A stretch of DNA of 63,466 bases, the filler included, from Chrysochromulina tobinii (Eukaryota): the NCBI GenBank assembly GCA_001275005.1. It is 4 parts of 4 records of this genome, joined end to end, with 100 filler letters (N's around TTAATTAATTAA, not from the genome) between each part and the next. Parts side by side here need not be neighbours in the genome. Positions count along the whole stretch, not along the records: positions 11,599 to 27,843 come from JWZX01000314.1; positions 27,944 to 46,993 come from JWZX01000316.1; 2 more parts are not named here. One strand, given 5' to 3'. Shown in pieces: positions 24,628-36,549 of this stretch; positions within the stretch are counted from its first letter, which is position 1; each line of letters opens with the position of its first letter. The notes under the pieces were generated by a model that was not told the DNA's origin, made no database searches, and was given only the letters and a program-made list of their open reading frames with translations. The position numbers were made by a program, and so were the translations under genes.

Positions 24628-25566
24628 TCAGCGCCCGGTTCCCGCGGCCAGCGTGCCCTCACCAGGTTGCCAAACCTTGGGCTGATCGTGGTCGAAGCTG
24701 CCGCCCTCCTTCAACGCAAACGCCTGCTTGCCTAGCCGCCGGTGGAGCTCTTCACGGAGCTTGCGCACCTCCTCCTCAAGCGTGTGCGCGATCACCTCAT
24801 ACAACAGCTCGGGCCGCCTGTCGAATGGCGGCTCCCCGCGGAGGGCAAGTAGCCGGCTGAGGTCGACGGGTGGACCGAAGATGACATGCACGTCGGTGCC
24901 GAGGTTGGGGCGCGTGAAGATCGTCTTGGCAGTGGGCGTGGTGGGCTGGATCGTGCTCGTGCCCTCGTGGTAGAATGGGAGCACCTGCAGCTCCTCGCCC
25001 TCGCCCACGCTCGCCGCGAGTCGGCCCACGCCCCGACGGAACGGGTGGATGCGACCGTCCTGACGGATCTTGCCCTCGGGAAAGTAGTGCACCCAGGCGC
25101 CCTCGCGCAGCTTGGCGATGATGCCCTCGAGCTCTGGCTGCCACACGCCGCCGTGCCGCTGGATGGGCAGCACCTTGGCGCAATCGGCTAACCGGCTCAG
25201 CATCGACCCAGGCCGAAAGCACACATCTGACGCGCACACGCCCCAGCGCATCTCGCTCGAGCCATCGGCCAGGACCCAATAGGGCACAATCGCAGACAAC
25301 AAGTGCGGATCGTCTATCGTCGCGATGTGGTTGCTCACCGAGAGCAGCGCCGTGCCCTTTGGGCGTGCAAGCGCACAGTCCAGGTGGTGAGATTCATGCA
25401 TGGTGAAATTGTTCAAGCCTCGCAAGAAGATGCGGGCCAGCGTGCCAACGACGCCTATGGCGACGCGCTGCTGAGTGTCATCGTCGCCGTACCGCGCGAC
25501 ACCGTACGCACCGGCGCCGGCGGCCACGCTCGCGCCAGCGAGACCACGTAAGCTCGCGCGCATCAT
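24628..25566 (-). CDS. TAZ: Tafazzin-like phospholipid acyltransferase (PlsC family)
   Basis: SNHIATIDDP (HX4D motif), MRWGVCASDVCF, WVHYFPEGKI, FRRGVGRL. Confidence 0.85.
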   Translation of the reverse strand: MMRASLRGLAGASVAAGAGAYGVARYGDDDTQQRVAIGVVGTLARIFLRGLNNFTMHESHHLDCALARPKGTALLSVSNHIATIDDPHLLSAIVPYWVLADGSSEMRWGVCASDVCFRPGSMLSRLADCAKVLPIQRHGGVWQPELEGIIAKLREGAWVHYFPEGKIRQDGRIHPFRRGVGRLAASVGEGEELQVLPFYHEGTSTIQPTTPTAKTIFTRPNLGTDVHVIFGPPVDLSRLLALRGEPPFDRRPELLYEVIAHTLEEEVRKLREELHRRLGKQAFALKEGGSFDHDQPKVWQPGEGTLAAGTGR

Positions 25567-25710
25567 GTTGAATCGAAAAGCACGTCGCCTCGCACAGCGC
25601 AAGTGTGAAGATTGATTGAGTCGAGTTTGAGACAGAAGTTTTGCGGGCCAGCTCAAATGGTGCATTTGGTTGCATGCTACGCATTTCTTCAAATCGCGAA
25701 CTCCTTCGAC

Positions 25711-27545
25711 ATGTCAAGCCCACGATTAGCCCACCCCTCACGCGCAAAGCCTCAAGGCATGCCTGCGACGGGCGCCGACGGTGTCGCGCGGTACGGCAAT
25801 GATGAGACTCGCCCTCCCACCCGCCTTTCAGGCGGCCTGTTCAACCAGCTGTGGGCACTGCAAGGGCTCGTGATGGACGCATATGAGAGCAAACTGCCGC
25901 TCACACTCCCATCTTGGGATTCCCACCTTTTCCCAGCCTCAATGGGGCTTGAAAAGGACGCCCGATTCAAGCGGCCGTTGCAACTCCCGTTTGCCGCACT
26001 GTGGCGAAAGGACGTCTTCACGAACACCCTTCGCAAGCACGGCGTCGTCGCAGTGGCCAGCAACGACTCATGGCAGGCGGCCAACGCAGTGGCGAGCACA
26101 AGCACGGCAGCAATGAGACGATACATGAGGTACATGATTCGGCGTGCCAACGGTACAGAGAACGCCCACCCTCTCGAGGACGTCGTGTACCGCGCGCTCT
26201 TGCCAGCCCCGCACCTCGCGCGCCGCGTCGAGCGGCTACTTCGTCGGCTCCGTCTCATCTCTGCGGGCTCAACCTTTGGCTGCTTGCATGCGCGCGTCGA
26301 GCGGGACATGCAGCGCTGGTGGTATCACGTAGCCAAGGCGCGCCCTCCGACGATGCGCCAGATCCTCGATGCGATCGGCTCCGAGGCGCGCATGCAACGC
26401 TCGCGCGCCATCTACGTGTGCGTCGGCTCCGATCTCAAGCCGCGAGATCGTGAGGTGCTCGGGAATCGGACCAGTTGGGGCGCAGCTCTCTTGCGCCGGC
26501 CGACGCTGCTGGCTGAGGACGCGGAAGACGAGGCGGCGGCTCGCGCTGGCAGCTCGGAGCACTCTAAGGAGGACGATGGCCGGTACGTGCGCGTCGGCTC
26601 CTCCCAAAGGCGCGCGAGCTGCACGCAAGTGCTCACCACGGCGCCGATCCTCTCTTCCCCACAGGTTCTACTCCATCCCTGGGAGCGGTGTGGTGCATGC
26701 AAGTGCTCACCACGGCGCGTGTCCTCTCTTCCCCACAGGTACTCCATCCCTGGGAGCGGGGTGGTGCATGCAAGTGCTCACCACGGCGCCGATCCTCTCT
26801 TCCCCACAGGTTCTACTCCATCCCTGGGAGCGGTGTGGTGCATGCAAGTGCTCACCACGGCGCGTGTCCTCTCTTCCCCACAGGTACTCCATCCCTGGGA
26901 GCGGGGTGGTGCGCCGAAAGATGGGCGCGCACGACACGGCGCTCTGGTCCGAATGGCTGCGCGAGGTGCTGCGCGAGGGAGATGGCGGCCATCATCAGAC
27001 TGATGACGAGGATCATCAACGTGTAGACCCCACCACCGTGTCCACGATCGATTCGCGAGGGAGATGGCGGCCATCATCAGACTGATGACGAGGATCATCA
27101 ACGTGACCCCACCACCGTGTCCACGATCGATTCGACGAATATCTCGAGATCGAGAAACATCTCGAGATCGAGATCGAGATCGAGTGAGGAGCTCGGCCCC
27201 ATCGACGATCCGCCTCGTCACGTGCCGCTCACGTACATTGAGAAGGCGATCCTCGATTTCAGCGTCTGCCGCCATGCCGCGTGGTTTGCCGGCTGGAGCT
27301 CCTCCTCATTCTCCGCCTCGATGGCCTATCTGCGCCATCTCGATCACAACCAGGGATCGTACGCGTACTGCGCGAAGGGCTCGCCCTTCTCGCGCACGCC
27401 GCCGCAGCAGCAGCAACGGAAGCAGCAACTGCAGCATCCCCAGACGGTAGCAAGCACTGGCCACTCATCCCCGGCGGTAGTGCTGCAGCATGAGCACTCG
27501 CGGTTCGTGCGCCTGCACACGTGTAGGACGACGGGCTTGGGCTAG
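25711..27545 (+). CDS. O-fucosyltransferase-like GT-B glycosyltransferase
   Basis: GGLFNQL, GCLHARVERD, AILDFSVCRHAAWFAGWSSSSFS; intron 26583-26883; a second frame change near 26966-27080. Confidence 0.65.
26583..26883 (+). repeat. Tandem array of four intronic cassette-B units (tgcatgcaagtgctcaccacggcgc...ccccacAG)
   Basis: Units 26583-26664, 26665-26738, 26739-26809 and 26810-26883; the same cassette occurs at about 8832-8880 (-), 21962-22000 and 23693-23736. Confidence 0.9.
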
Positions 27546-27843
27546 GCGGCGCGGCAACGAAAGTGTGCGCCTCCCGCGCCCGCGGGCGCGCGCGCGTGCC
27601 CATCCAGGTGCGTCGGTCCAAATTTCTAATTTGTAAAAGGTAAACGGACGTTAGATCAGATTGTTCATTGAGGGCTATTTTGGTATATTTCTATCGTTCG
27701 GAGATTGTATATTCGGAGTATCCGGTATTGGGGTAAGAGGCTTTTCATGGATGGCAGAATGCTGCGTGACGCCCAAAGTTACGCAGCTGTGAACTCAACG
27801 TGAAGGTGCCAGGTCACAGGGACGGTCTCCATCATGGAACCAG

Positions 27844-27943
27844 NNNNNNNNNNNNNNNNNNNNNNNNNNNNNNNNNNNNNNNNNNNNTTAATTAATTAAN
27901 NNNNNNNNNNNNNNNNNNNNNNNNNNNNNNNNNNNNNNNNNNN
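27844..27943. other. Artificial contig linker
   Basis: 44 N + TTAATTAATTAA + 44 N. Confidence 0.97.
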
Positions 27944-30900
27944 GGAGGCGGAGCGGTTTGCGGCGGAGAGGGCGGAGGCGGAGAGGGCTGAGGCAGAAAG
28001 GGTGGCAGCGACTGCCGCTATGCCTGCTGTCTCAGCTGATGGCGCACCCGTTGCCTCGGCGGAAGCGACGCCCGAGGCGATGCCAGAGGCGGCACTCTCA
28101 GAAATGGCACAGCCATCTTCGATGCCGGCGGCGGCAGAGGGTGAGTTGGCGCCTGATGAGCCTGTGATGCGTTTGAATGTCGATGCGGCGGGCGGCGCGC
28201 ATCCCGAGGCAATGCGTACGCTGGAGGAGGAGCTTCATGCTCAGGAGCTCAACCTGGTGGATATGGGGATGGGCATGGATGAGGCGGCTGCGGCGATGCT
28301 CGATGAAGCCTCGCTAGCTGTGCAGAACGATGCAGCGGGCAGCAGTGGTGGCGCCGTGCCGATGGATGCGGTGACGGACGCGACGGCGGCGGCGGCAGCT
28401 GAGCCAGCATCGTCGGCGGCACCGGAGGAAGCGGCACCACTGCCGCCATCCCCTGGTGATTACTTCTCGGCCATGGCTGGTATGTTCTCAAGACCAGGCT
28501 CGACGTCGCCAACGCCATCGAATCTACAGCCAGCATCCACCGACCCGCCACCAGCATTCACCGACCCGCCACCAGCATCCACCGACAGGCCGGCAGCAGC
28601 AGCCACCGACACGCCGGCAGCATCCCCCGAGCTGCCAGCATCATCCCCCGAGCTGCCGGTGGCGGAGGTTCCACCTGCGTATCCTGAGATGCCTGCGGCG
28701 GATCTATCAGCAGCATCTACGGGTGCTGCCGGAACTCCGCTTATGGACTCTGGGGCGATGCCATCGCTGGAACACACGTCGCTATCGCCGCCGCCGCCGC
28801 CTAAATCGGAAATCGGCCTTCTCTCCAGGGAGGCGGCCATGGCTGTGCCAGAGGCAGCAATTGCTTCGCTGGCACCGGATGGGGATGAGTACGCTGCGAC
28901 GTTACCGGCAGAGGGAGCTGCAGCGTCGCCACCCAATGCAGAAGGCATTCTCTCAACAGTTGAAGGCATAGCATCGGTGCTCAAACCAATGGCCGATGAG
29001 GAGGCGATGGCACTAGTCCGCGCGGAGACGGCGCGCTTGGCAGCGGAGAAGGCGGCTGCGGATGCAGCTGCCGCCGCATTGAAGGCCGAAGCCGAGGCTC
29101 TGGCGAGGGCCGCGGCAGCGGCCGAGGCGGCTCGTTTGGCTGCATTGCCTCCGTGCGTGGACGAGGTCAGAGAATGTGCCACATGGGCAGCTTCTATGGA
29201 GTGCGTCAACAACCCCATCTTCATGAACGATAAGTGCCGCAAGTCGTGCGGCAAGTGCCCCACACAGAGCTCTCCGCCGCTGAGCAGTGCGCCGCCCGTG
29301 GTTCGCGACGAGCCGCTGGCACCCGTCAAGGCGGCGGAGGCAGCGATCGGGGTGGCGTCTGAAGCCGTCGATGTGGTGTTTGAAGCTGCCGAGGTGGCGG
29401 CGGTCGACGCAGAGGAGGAGCGACTGTCAAAGGAACAGGCAGCGGCTGAGAAGGTGGAGGCGGATAGGGTGGCAGCGGCGGAGGCGGAGCGGTTGGCGGC
29501 AGAGCAGTTGGTGGCGCAGAGGGTGTTGGCTGAGAAGGCCGAGGCGGAGCGCCGTGAAGCTGAGGGGTTGGCGGCGAAGAAGGCGGAGGAGGAGCGAATG
29601 GCTGCGGAGAAGAAGGCGGAGGCGGAGCGCGAGGCGGCGGAGAAGGCGGAAGCGGCGCGCTTGGAAGCGGAGAAGGCGGCCGCGGATGCAGCAACCGCTG
29701 CATTGAAGGCCGAGGCCGAGGCTCTGGCAAAGGCCGCGGCAGAATCCGAGGCGGCTCGTTTGGCTGCATTGCCACCGCCGCCGCCCTCGCGTCTGTCACT
29801 GTGGCTTGGCACTTTCACCTCGCAGCTAGGGCAGCTGGACACGCGCTCGGCGGCGCTGGTGATGCTTAGCAGTGTCGGTGGACTCGTGACGGTTTCGCTG
29901 CTGCTGGAGAGGCCTGATGCGCAGCTGACAATCGGTGTGGCGGCGGCCCGTGCTCTGCTCGTCTCAGTGGACACCGCAGCGGCGTTGCTCGACAACCCCA
30001 CAGCCCAGGCCGCGCCAGTGGCGCCGTTGAAGGCTTGCACACCGCTGCATGAGAAGCCCACGGCCAGTGCCGACATCATCACCGGTGTCGTGGGCGACGA
30101 TGGCTCGGAGTCCGAGCAGAGTGGCGAGGAGGTTCGTCAGGGTTCGTCACGGAAGGTTGTGCTTGACGGCGCGGCCGTCGCCAGGGGGTGTACGCCGCTG
30201 TGCGCGCTGCTCGAGCAGATCCTAATTTGGACTGGCGTCGCTCTGGCGCACGGCGCGCCAGCCTCGTCAGGCTTTGTGTGGACGCGCCTGGGGGTGTTGG
30301 CCGAGTCGCTTCTCCTGCTGGCGGCCGCTCGATTCTATACAGGTGCAGGCGAGGGACGCTCCGCCTCGGCGCGCCATCGGGTGTTGCTGCTACTGCTGCT
30401 GCTGAGCTCCCTGGAGCCATCTGTGCCCTCGCTGACGCAGCTGCCCCCAGCGTGTTCTGTCGGCGCGGCGCTGCTGCCGAGCATGCTGCTCGCTTTCTTC
30501 GCGCTCGTGCGCCGTGGGCGTCTGGTTTGGGCGGCGCTCTTCCTGGGCCTCGTCCTAGCCGCGCGGCCGCTGCTGCTGCTGCTTGTGCCGCTCGCGCTCT
30601 TCTTCTTCCTTGCCGCCGCCTCAAGCAAAGGCCACGCACTCCTCCTCGTCCTCATCACAGTCAGCACGCCCCTCGTGTCGATCCCCGCGTGCCTCTTTGC
30701 TGTCGGCGCGCCCGGAGGGGCGGGTCCCGTCGTGCTCCTCCGGACGCTCATGCCCCCCGAGCTGTGGCCACCACCGTCGCTTCTAGCGCCCGTCGACGAC
30801 GCTGCTGCCACGGCCGCTGCTGCGGGCGTGGCGATGCCGGTTGGGCCCGCCTCGCCCTTCTCGGTGTGGGCAGCATCGCCGCTCTTGGCGTTGCTGCAGA

Positions 30901-32681
30901 CGGCCCCCGGGGAGTGGAACGAGGTGGATGGCACGTGGCAGTGGACGGCCCCGCTTGCGGCCGCCGACGCACTACCCGTCGATACCGCAGCAGAGCTGAC
31001 GCCGCCGGCCGTTGCGGCGTTGGTGGGGCCTTTGCTCCTGGGGGCTCTAACTCTCCTTGCCGCAATCCAAGCAGCTCGCTACCCGACGCACCGGTCTCTC
31101 TTGAGTGGCTTCGGGCTCGTCGGCGCCGCTGCCGTCTGGTGGCTACCGCACGCCGCGCCGCTCGTGCTGCCCTTGCTCTCCCCTCTGCTCGCGCTCGCCG
31201 CGCCTGAGAGCCGCACCCACGCACGTGCTTACCTCCTGCTGTGCATCTCAATACATGCGAATTCGCTTCACCGTCATCTGGAGGCGTCTGGGAGCCCTGT
31301 GGAAAGCACGAATGCGCTCGACTCTGCGCTTGGGTTGAGTTCCGCGTTTGGCGTGCGCATGCTCGCACGCCTCGGAGCGGCGGCGATGGCCCTTCTGCTC
31401 TCCCACTCGTCCCTGCAGATGGCGCTGCCACCCTCACCGACTGCCGGGGGCACCGCCACGTGGAGCACAGGTCGATCTCTCTTTGCTGGTGGCTGGGTGC
31501 TCTTTGTTGCATTGCTGCTCACAGAGCTGGCCGCCTCCACGTACGCCTACCTTGGGCGCGCCGCTGACGTGGGCGTCAGCCTCGCGCCAGGCGCCGTATG
31601 GGCAGCGGCCGCGACAAGCGGTCCGCTCTCCGCCACCGACGAAAGCCTGTGGGTGCACGCGTCAGATGTGTCAGTCGCCAGGCCGTCGACGGCGATGAGT
31701 GGTGCCAGCCTCAGTGCGACGCTCAGCAAAGTGCTTCCAACGGCGCGGGCGATCGCTGCCAGCAGCCTGCTGACACTCCTGCTCCTAGTTAGCGTCATGT
31801 GGCCGTCGCCAATGGAATCAGAACCTCCCGCTGGAGATGAGATCGACGCTCCCAGTGGCGCCGTGCCGGGCGCTGAGGGCCCTCCGCCTAAGCAGAGCCA
31901 CAGCAACGGGCAGCAGCAGCAGCAGCAGCAGCAGCAGCGGCACGCCAACGGGGGCGCCGACCCGCCGCACACGGCCCAACTGGAGGCACAGCTTGCGCAG
32001 TATGCAGCACGTGAGGGGTTCTACGCGGAACGAGAGGCCCAGTATGCGACGCGAGACGCTGAGATGATGGAGACCATCGCGCGGCTTCAGGAGCAGTTGG
32101 CAGCAGTTTGCGCCGGGGGCGAGGGCGGTGCGAGCGCTCACGAAAGTGGTGCGGCGGTGCCTGTTGATGGGGGGGGCAGGGGTGCGCAGCCGTGCGGGAT
32201 GCCAAGCCACAATGCTGCGGCTGCGCCAACAGTCAGCCCTCGCATGGCGCGTCCGTACGGCAGCCAGGCTCCGCCAACGCCGCTGCCGTGCGAGCTGGCC
32301 ACGTTGGCCTCGGCGGCGCCTTCGCCGGCAGAAGGATTCGCGCCGCAGCCCTTGCGTGCGCCCTTGCGCGGGGTGTTCAGTCCTGCGCAAGGAGCGTCAT
32401 GCGCACCCGTGGCTGCCGGGGCCGCGTGGGCAGGCGTCGGAGGACTACGTCCAGCTGGTCCACGAGCTGGCTCGCCGACAGGCTGCGGGCGCGCGGTGCC
32501 AGGTGCGTGCGCTGCCCCAGGAGCCTTGGTCGTTACAGTTCCGCCCCGAGAAGCAGCCGGACGCAAGGTGCTCAACTCCGTCGTTTCGTTCGACCCGTCG
32601 GCCCGCGTCGTATCACCGCGCCGCAGCGATCGCGCGGCCGCGCCACGCGCCGCGGGGGGCGGCACATGGGGCGGCATCTGA
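27944..32681 (+). CDS. 5'-truncated large protein: Ala/Glu-rich coils, ShKT domain, multi-TM region (ALG6/ALG8-like, divergent)
   Basis: 1559-aa ORF open to the gap; ShKT pattern CVDEVRECATWAASMECVNNPIFMNDKCRKSCGKC at about 29154-29258; many hydrophobic helices at 29800-31800. Confidence 0.65.
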
Positions 32682-32879
32682 GAAGCGGCCGAAAGCGGAG
32701 CCAGTGGTACCCTGGTACGCGGATATGCTTGGTGCAGGATCCGTCGGTCCTTGGTTTGACAATACGGGTCGCACATGCGGCGGTGTGGAGGGGCTGAGGG
32801 TTGGTGGAGACCGACGTGAAGTATGTCTGAAATTTTTCACAGCAAAGCGCCGTTCTGAGCGCAGCGAGTTTTGAAAAGG

Positions 32880-33506
32880 ATGGCGAAGCGCGCGTCGGCG
32901 TCGGGTCACTCAGACCCCGCGTCCAGAGGTAATGCTGCTGCCGCTGTCGTCGACGACAATTTTTACGATGGCGACTGTGACGCGCGCAGTGACGGCAGCG
33001 AAATCCACGATGATGAACAGGGCAACGTGCTGCGTGACGATACGGATTGCGACGATAGTTGCGATGATGGGGCTTCACTGGTTTTGGAGGATCTGGGTGG
33101 TGGATCTAGTGATCTATACATGTGGACCAGAAAAATCTTTGTGGGCCTGCCTTCACCGATGAGCCGTGCGTGTAGGTGCACCGCCCTCATCATTCTTGTT
33201 CTCGCTGCCTTGATACCTCAGTTCATCATCTTTACGACCTTACCTGCACCACCTATGGTACCTCCAACGCCGCCGCCGCCTCGGGTTGCCTTGCGGCGGC
33301 CGCCGCCACGGCGCGATGCTCCACAGCCTCGATCGCCTATACCACCGCCGGATGACGATGACGACGAGATCCTATGTGACTGTGGGTGGACACGGGTGCT
33401 GGGGCAAGACTGCATTGAAACCGAGGGCAGGCAAGGATTTCCGTGCTGGGATCACTGCTGCACATCATTTATAGGTCCTAGGAGAAAGCCGCGCGTGCGC
33501 ACATGA
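32880..33506 (+). CDS. Small single-TM protein with Pro-rich stalk and C-terminal Cys-rich module
   Basis: TM segment ALIILVLAALIPQFIIF; CDCGW...C...PCWDHCC. Confidence 0.55.
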   Translation: MAKRASASGHSDPASRGNAAAAVVDDNFYDGDCDARSDGSEIHDDEQGNVLRDDTDCDDSCDDGASLVLEDLGGGSSDLYMWTRKIFVGLPSPMSRACRCTALIILVLAALIPQFIIFTTLPAPPMVPPTPPPPRVALRRPPPRRDAPQPRSPIPPPDDDDDEILCDCGWTRVLGQDCIETEGRQGFPCWDHCCTSFIGPRRKPRVRT

Positions 33507-33732
33507 CTCAGTGCTAACCCCAGTTCCGGTAAGACACCGGGAGGAGCCGGGAAACCACACGGGACATACGGGGACACACGGGCACACGGATCACACAGAC
33601 GAACCTCACAACCATCCCAACCCACCAACGCACGCGCACCACACCGCACGACAGTTCCGGCTCCGGAAAAAGCGAGCATCAGTTCTGGGAAATTCGTGAA
33701 GATGTGGTCGTCCGCACCTTGTGTGCTGCCGC

Positions 33733-34644
33733 ATGGGAATGTCGATTGCATGCCCTGCCAATGCGATCACGAATGCGCCGCGCACCGATGGCTTCGGAGC
33801 TCAATACGCTGCACTCATCAGTGTGTACAGCTGGAGCAAGCTCCACGGTGTACCGTTTTGCGTGACTACCTGGCAACGGCATGAGCATCGCACACAGAGT
33901 AATAGCAGCGCGCTGTTTGCATTTGTCGGCGGCCACTTCTATGGCCCACCGGCCTCAGCGGATACAACTCGTGCAGTTGAGAAGCACATGCAGCTCGCGA
34001 TCATGCTGAAGCGAGGCAATGGAACGGTCTCTATTTGGAACCCAGTCGTGCGGCAGTGGTACTGGCATGCGACCAAGCCGAGGCTGAGCTGGTTTACGAG
34101 CCACCCCGAGCGTGAGCAGCGGCACGACCTGGTCGTGCACGTCCGCCGCGGCGATGTGGGCGCCCATTCGCAGGGTCGTTTCCTTAACAACGGTCTCACT
34201 GCTGTCTGCGTGATGGGCGCGCTGGCCCAGCTACCTAAGGGCACGCAGGTACATGTGAGCAGCCAGGGACGCATCGAGGACTTTGGCGCTCTCAAGCGCG
34301 TGCCCAACGTGCACTTCCGTCTGAACGAGCCACTGATGGAGACATTCCATCACATGGCAAGCGCTTCCAGCTTGGTGATTGCTGCCTCAACGCTGAGCGC
34401 CACGGCCGCCTTTCTCGTGGCTGGCCGAGGCGGGAGGGTCTTTGCGCACCCTCAGGCATTCACGATGATTGGGTACGCGTATGCTGGCATGGAGGTGACG
34501 GATTGCACGGAGGGCAACCCATTTTACGCCCGGGCCATCGCCGCTCGTCGGCAAGGAAGGGCGACTCCTGCTCTAAGTAGATCTTCGAAGACCACAACCC
34601 AAACGAGGGCCTCGTTCAAGCCGCACGCAGGCGCAAAGAGTTAG
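33733..34644 (+). CDS. Fucosyltransferase-like (GT11/GT23-type fold) protein
   Basis: DGFGAQ, VVHVRRGDV, FHHMASASSLVIAASTLS motifs. Confidence 0.65.
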   Translation: MGMSIACPANAITNAPRTDGFGAQYAALISVYSWSKLHGVPFCVTTWQRHEHRTQSNSSALFAFVGGHFYGPPASADTTRAVEKHMQLAIMLKRGNGTVSIWNPVVRQWYWHATKPRLSWFTSHPEREQRHDLVVHVRRGDVGAHSQGRFLNNGLTAVCVMGALAQLPKGTQVHVSSQGRIEDFGALKRVPNVHFRLNEPLMETFHHMASASSLVIAASTLSATAAFLVAGRGGRVFAHPQAFTMIGYAYAGMEVTDCTEGNPFYARAIAARRQGRATPALSRSSKTTTQTRASFKPHAGAKS

Positions 34645-35011
34645 AGTAGAGTAGCAGCGGCGCGGGTCGTCCGGGAGTAAGTAGTGTACCGGCCACCGAA
34701 CTAGTATAGTAGTGTAGGAAGTGCTCGTGAGGTCGTGTCAGCTTCTTTTAGATTTGCGCCGCGGTCCGGTGTTGCCACAACGCACAAGATACGACGCTAT
34801 CACATGGACTATCGTCTATCCGAACGGACGAACTCGCGTACGAATACGCGGAATCGTCAAATCGTAATTAAAACGAAACGTTCGGCGGTTACAGCACCCG
34901 GCGTCGGTCTCGTGTCGTGATTGTTGGATGCACGTCCGTAATGCGCCGTTTGTTGTTTGTTGACAATGTTGATACGGTACAGGACGTGTACGACACAATC
35001 AGAACGGCCAT

Positions 35012-36298
35012 TCACGAGTATGGAGGAGCCGCCACACGCACTACCTGCGTGCGGGCTGCAGGCACACTCTGAATCCCTAAACCATGACGGTGAAGCACGA
35101 CTTTGGGTTGTACTCCAAAAAAGACGCGCATTTCCAAGTTTAGCAGCTCTTTGAGCTCATTGATCGTATAGCTTGTTCGCGAGGCCTGGGTCGTGCGTTC
35201 GACTACGGTCGTGCAGAAGCTCTTCACCGCATCGCAATGGGTCGCGTTTGCACAGGGTGGCAGATCCTCGGAGCGGAGAGCCTCGAGGACGTGGCATGCC
35301 ATAGCTGCGGCGCTGATGGCATTCAAGTGAATCGTGTCAACATAGTTGCGCCAGACAGCGGCGATCGGTAGCGGTATGATTGGCAGATGCTTGATTGTTG
35401 CTGCCTCGCGCACACCGGAGCGCACGGAAACCAATGCATCGGCGCGGATACATCCCTTGACCTCCATCGTGCCATTCTTGTCGTCACCGCGCACGATGCG
35501 CTCACCAGGGCCACAAGCTGTGCAATGTTCCAGCATCCAGCAGCTAAACTTCGGGTGCCACCTGCAGCGATGGTACGAGGCACATGAGCAATCGTCATTA
35601 GCGGTGTCGAACACCACGTGTAGAACCCCCGCCTCTACTATGGTGCTATTGCGATAGCCCTCCAGGCAGGCGTCCCTTGTCGTCGCTGATGGCAGTCGCA
35701 ACACCGGGCTCTCGCTCATAGTAAGCGGAGGCTCGAGCAGCAAGATCGAGCCCAGCGCTGATGGCTTGTGATCCCTGAGCGCGTCAACCAATAGCTGGAT
35801 TGTCGTAGAAGTCTGTTGCATGACTCTCCAGTCTTTGGCACGGTAGCCATTCTCTTTGCTGATGATGCCCGTGCGATTCAGAGCCAGGTCACTCGCATCG
35901 TTAGTCCCATATCCAACGACGATCACGTGCGGATCGAATGCTGCAACACTGGTGAGGGCGGCAGAGGCTGCCAATGCCTTCATGCACCTGACAAGTACAG
36001 CCGTTTTTGCGTGTGCTTTGAGAGCTGGAGCGCATTCGCTGGGAGGAAGCAGGCCCACCGCTGATTGACCCCCTTTGGCAAATACGGTCACGTTCGCATC
36101 TGAACCGAGCAAGCCTTGCAGCACGTCCGGATAGCTTCCACGGCACATGATGGAGTTAAATGTGTTGCAAGTGTCCGAGGGGTACGAGATCTTTGGTCCA
36201 GAGAAATAAGCATAGCCGGCGGTGTGCGAATCACCGAGCAAGGCGACACGACAGGAACGCCCGCATACTACTCCCGGGCTTCGCGATGCTTCGTGCAT
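35012..36298 (-). CDS. SGNH/GDSL hydrolase
   Basis: LLGDSHTAG (block I), GYGTND (block III), DTIHLN (block V); start uncertain. Confidence 0.75.
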   Translation of the reverse strand: MHEASRSPGVVCGRSCRVALLGDSHTAGYAYFSGPKISYPSDTCNTFNSIMCRGSYPDVLQGLLGSDANVTVFAKGGQSAVGLLPPSECAPALKAHAKTAVLVRCMKALAASAALTSVAAFDPHVIVVGYGTNDASDLALNRTGIISKENGYRAKDWRVMQQTSTTIQLLVDALRDHKPSALGSILLLEPPLTMSESPVLRLPSATTRDACLEGYRNSTIVEAGVLHVVFDTANDDCSCASYHRCRWHPKFSCWMLEHCTACGPGERIVRGDDKNGTMEVKGCIRADALVSVRSGVREAATIKHLPIIPLPIAAVWRNYVDTIHLNAISAAAMACHVLEALRSEDLPPCANATHCDAVKSFCTTVVERTTQASRTSYTINELKELLNLEMRVFFGVQPKVVLHRHGLGIQSVPAARTQVVRVAAPPYS

Positions 36299-36549
36299 GT
36301 GTTGAGCGGAGCCGCAAGGAGAACCTCGCGACGTTTCTATTTTTGTCCCCAATTTCTTTTGGAAACCTCATACATACATGTACATGTACAGTAGGCTTTG
36401 GAAAGGAAGTTCGAAATCTGGATCTAGTACACCCCTTTCTGGGCAACTTTCAGATGCGCAGGGGCTTCTCGCCTCTAGGTCCGTCCTTCTGCAACTCCTT
36501 CGGCGACGCTTTTGCGCGGCCCGCTGGCCGAGAATAGGTCACGCAGGCG

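Noticed and set aside
25566..25711. Very short head-to-head intergenic gaps as special bidirectional promoters
   Set aside because: Common in compact algal genomes; no shared motif identified
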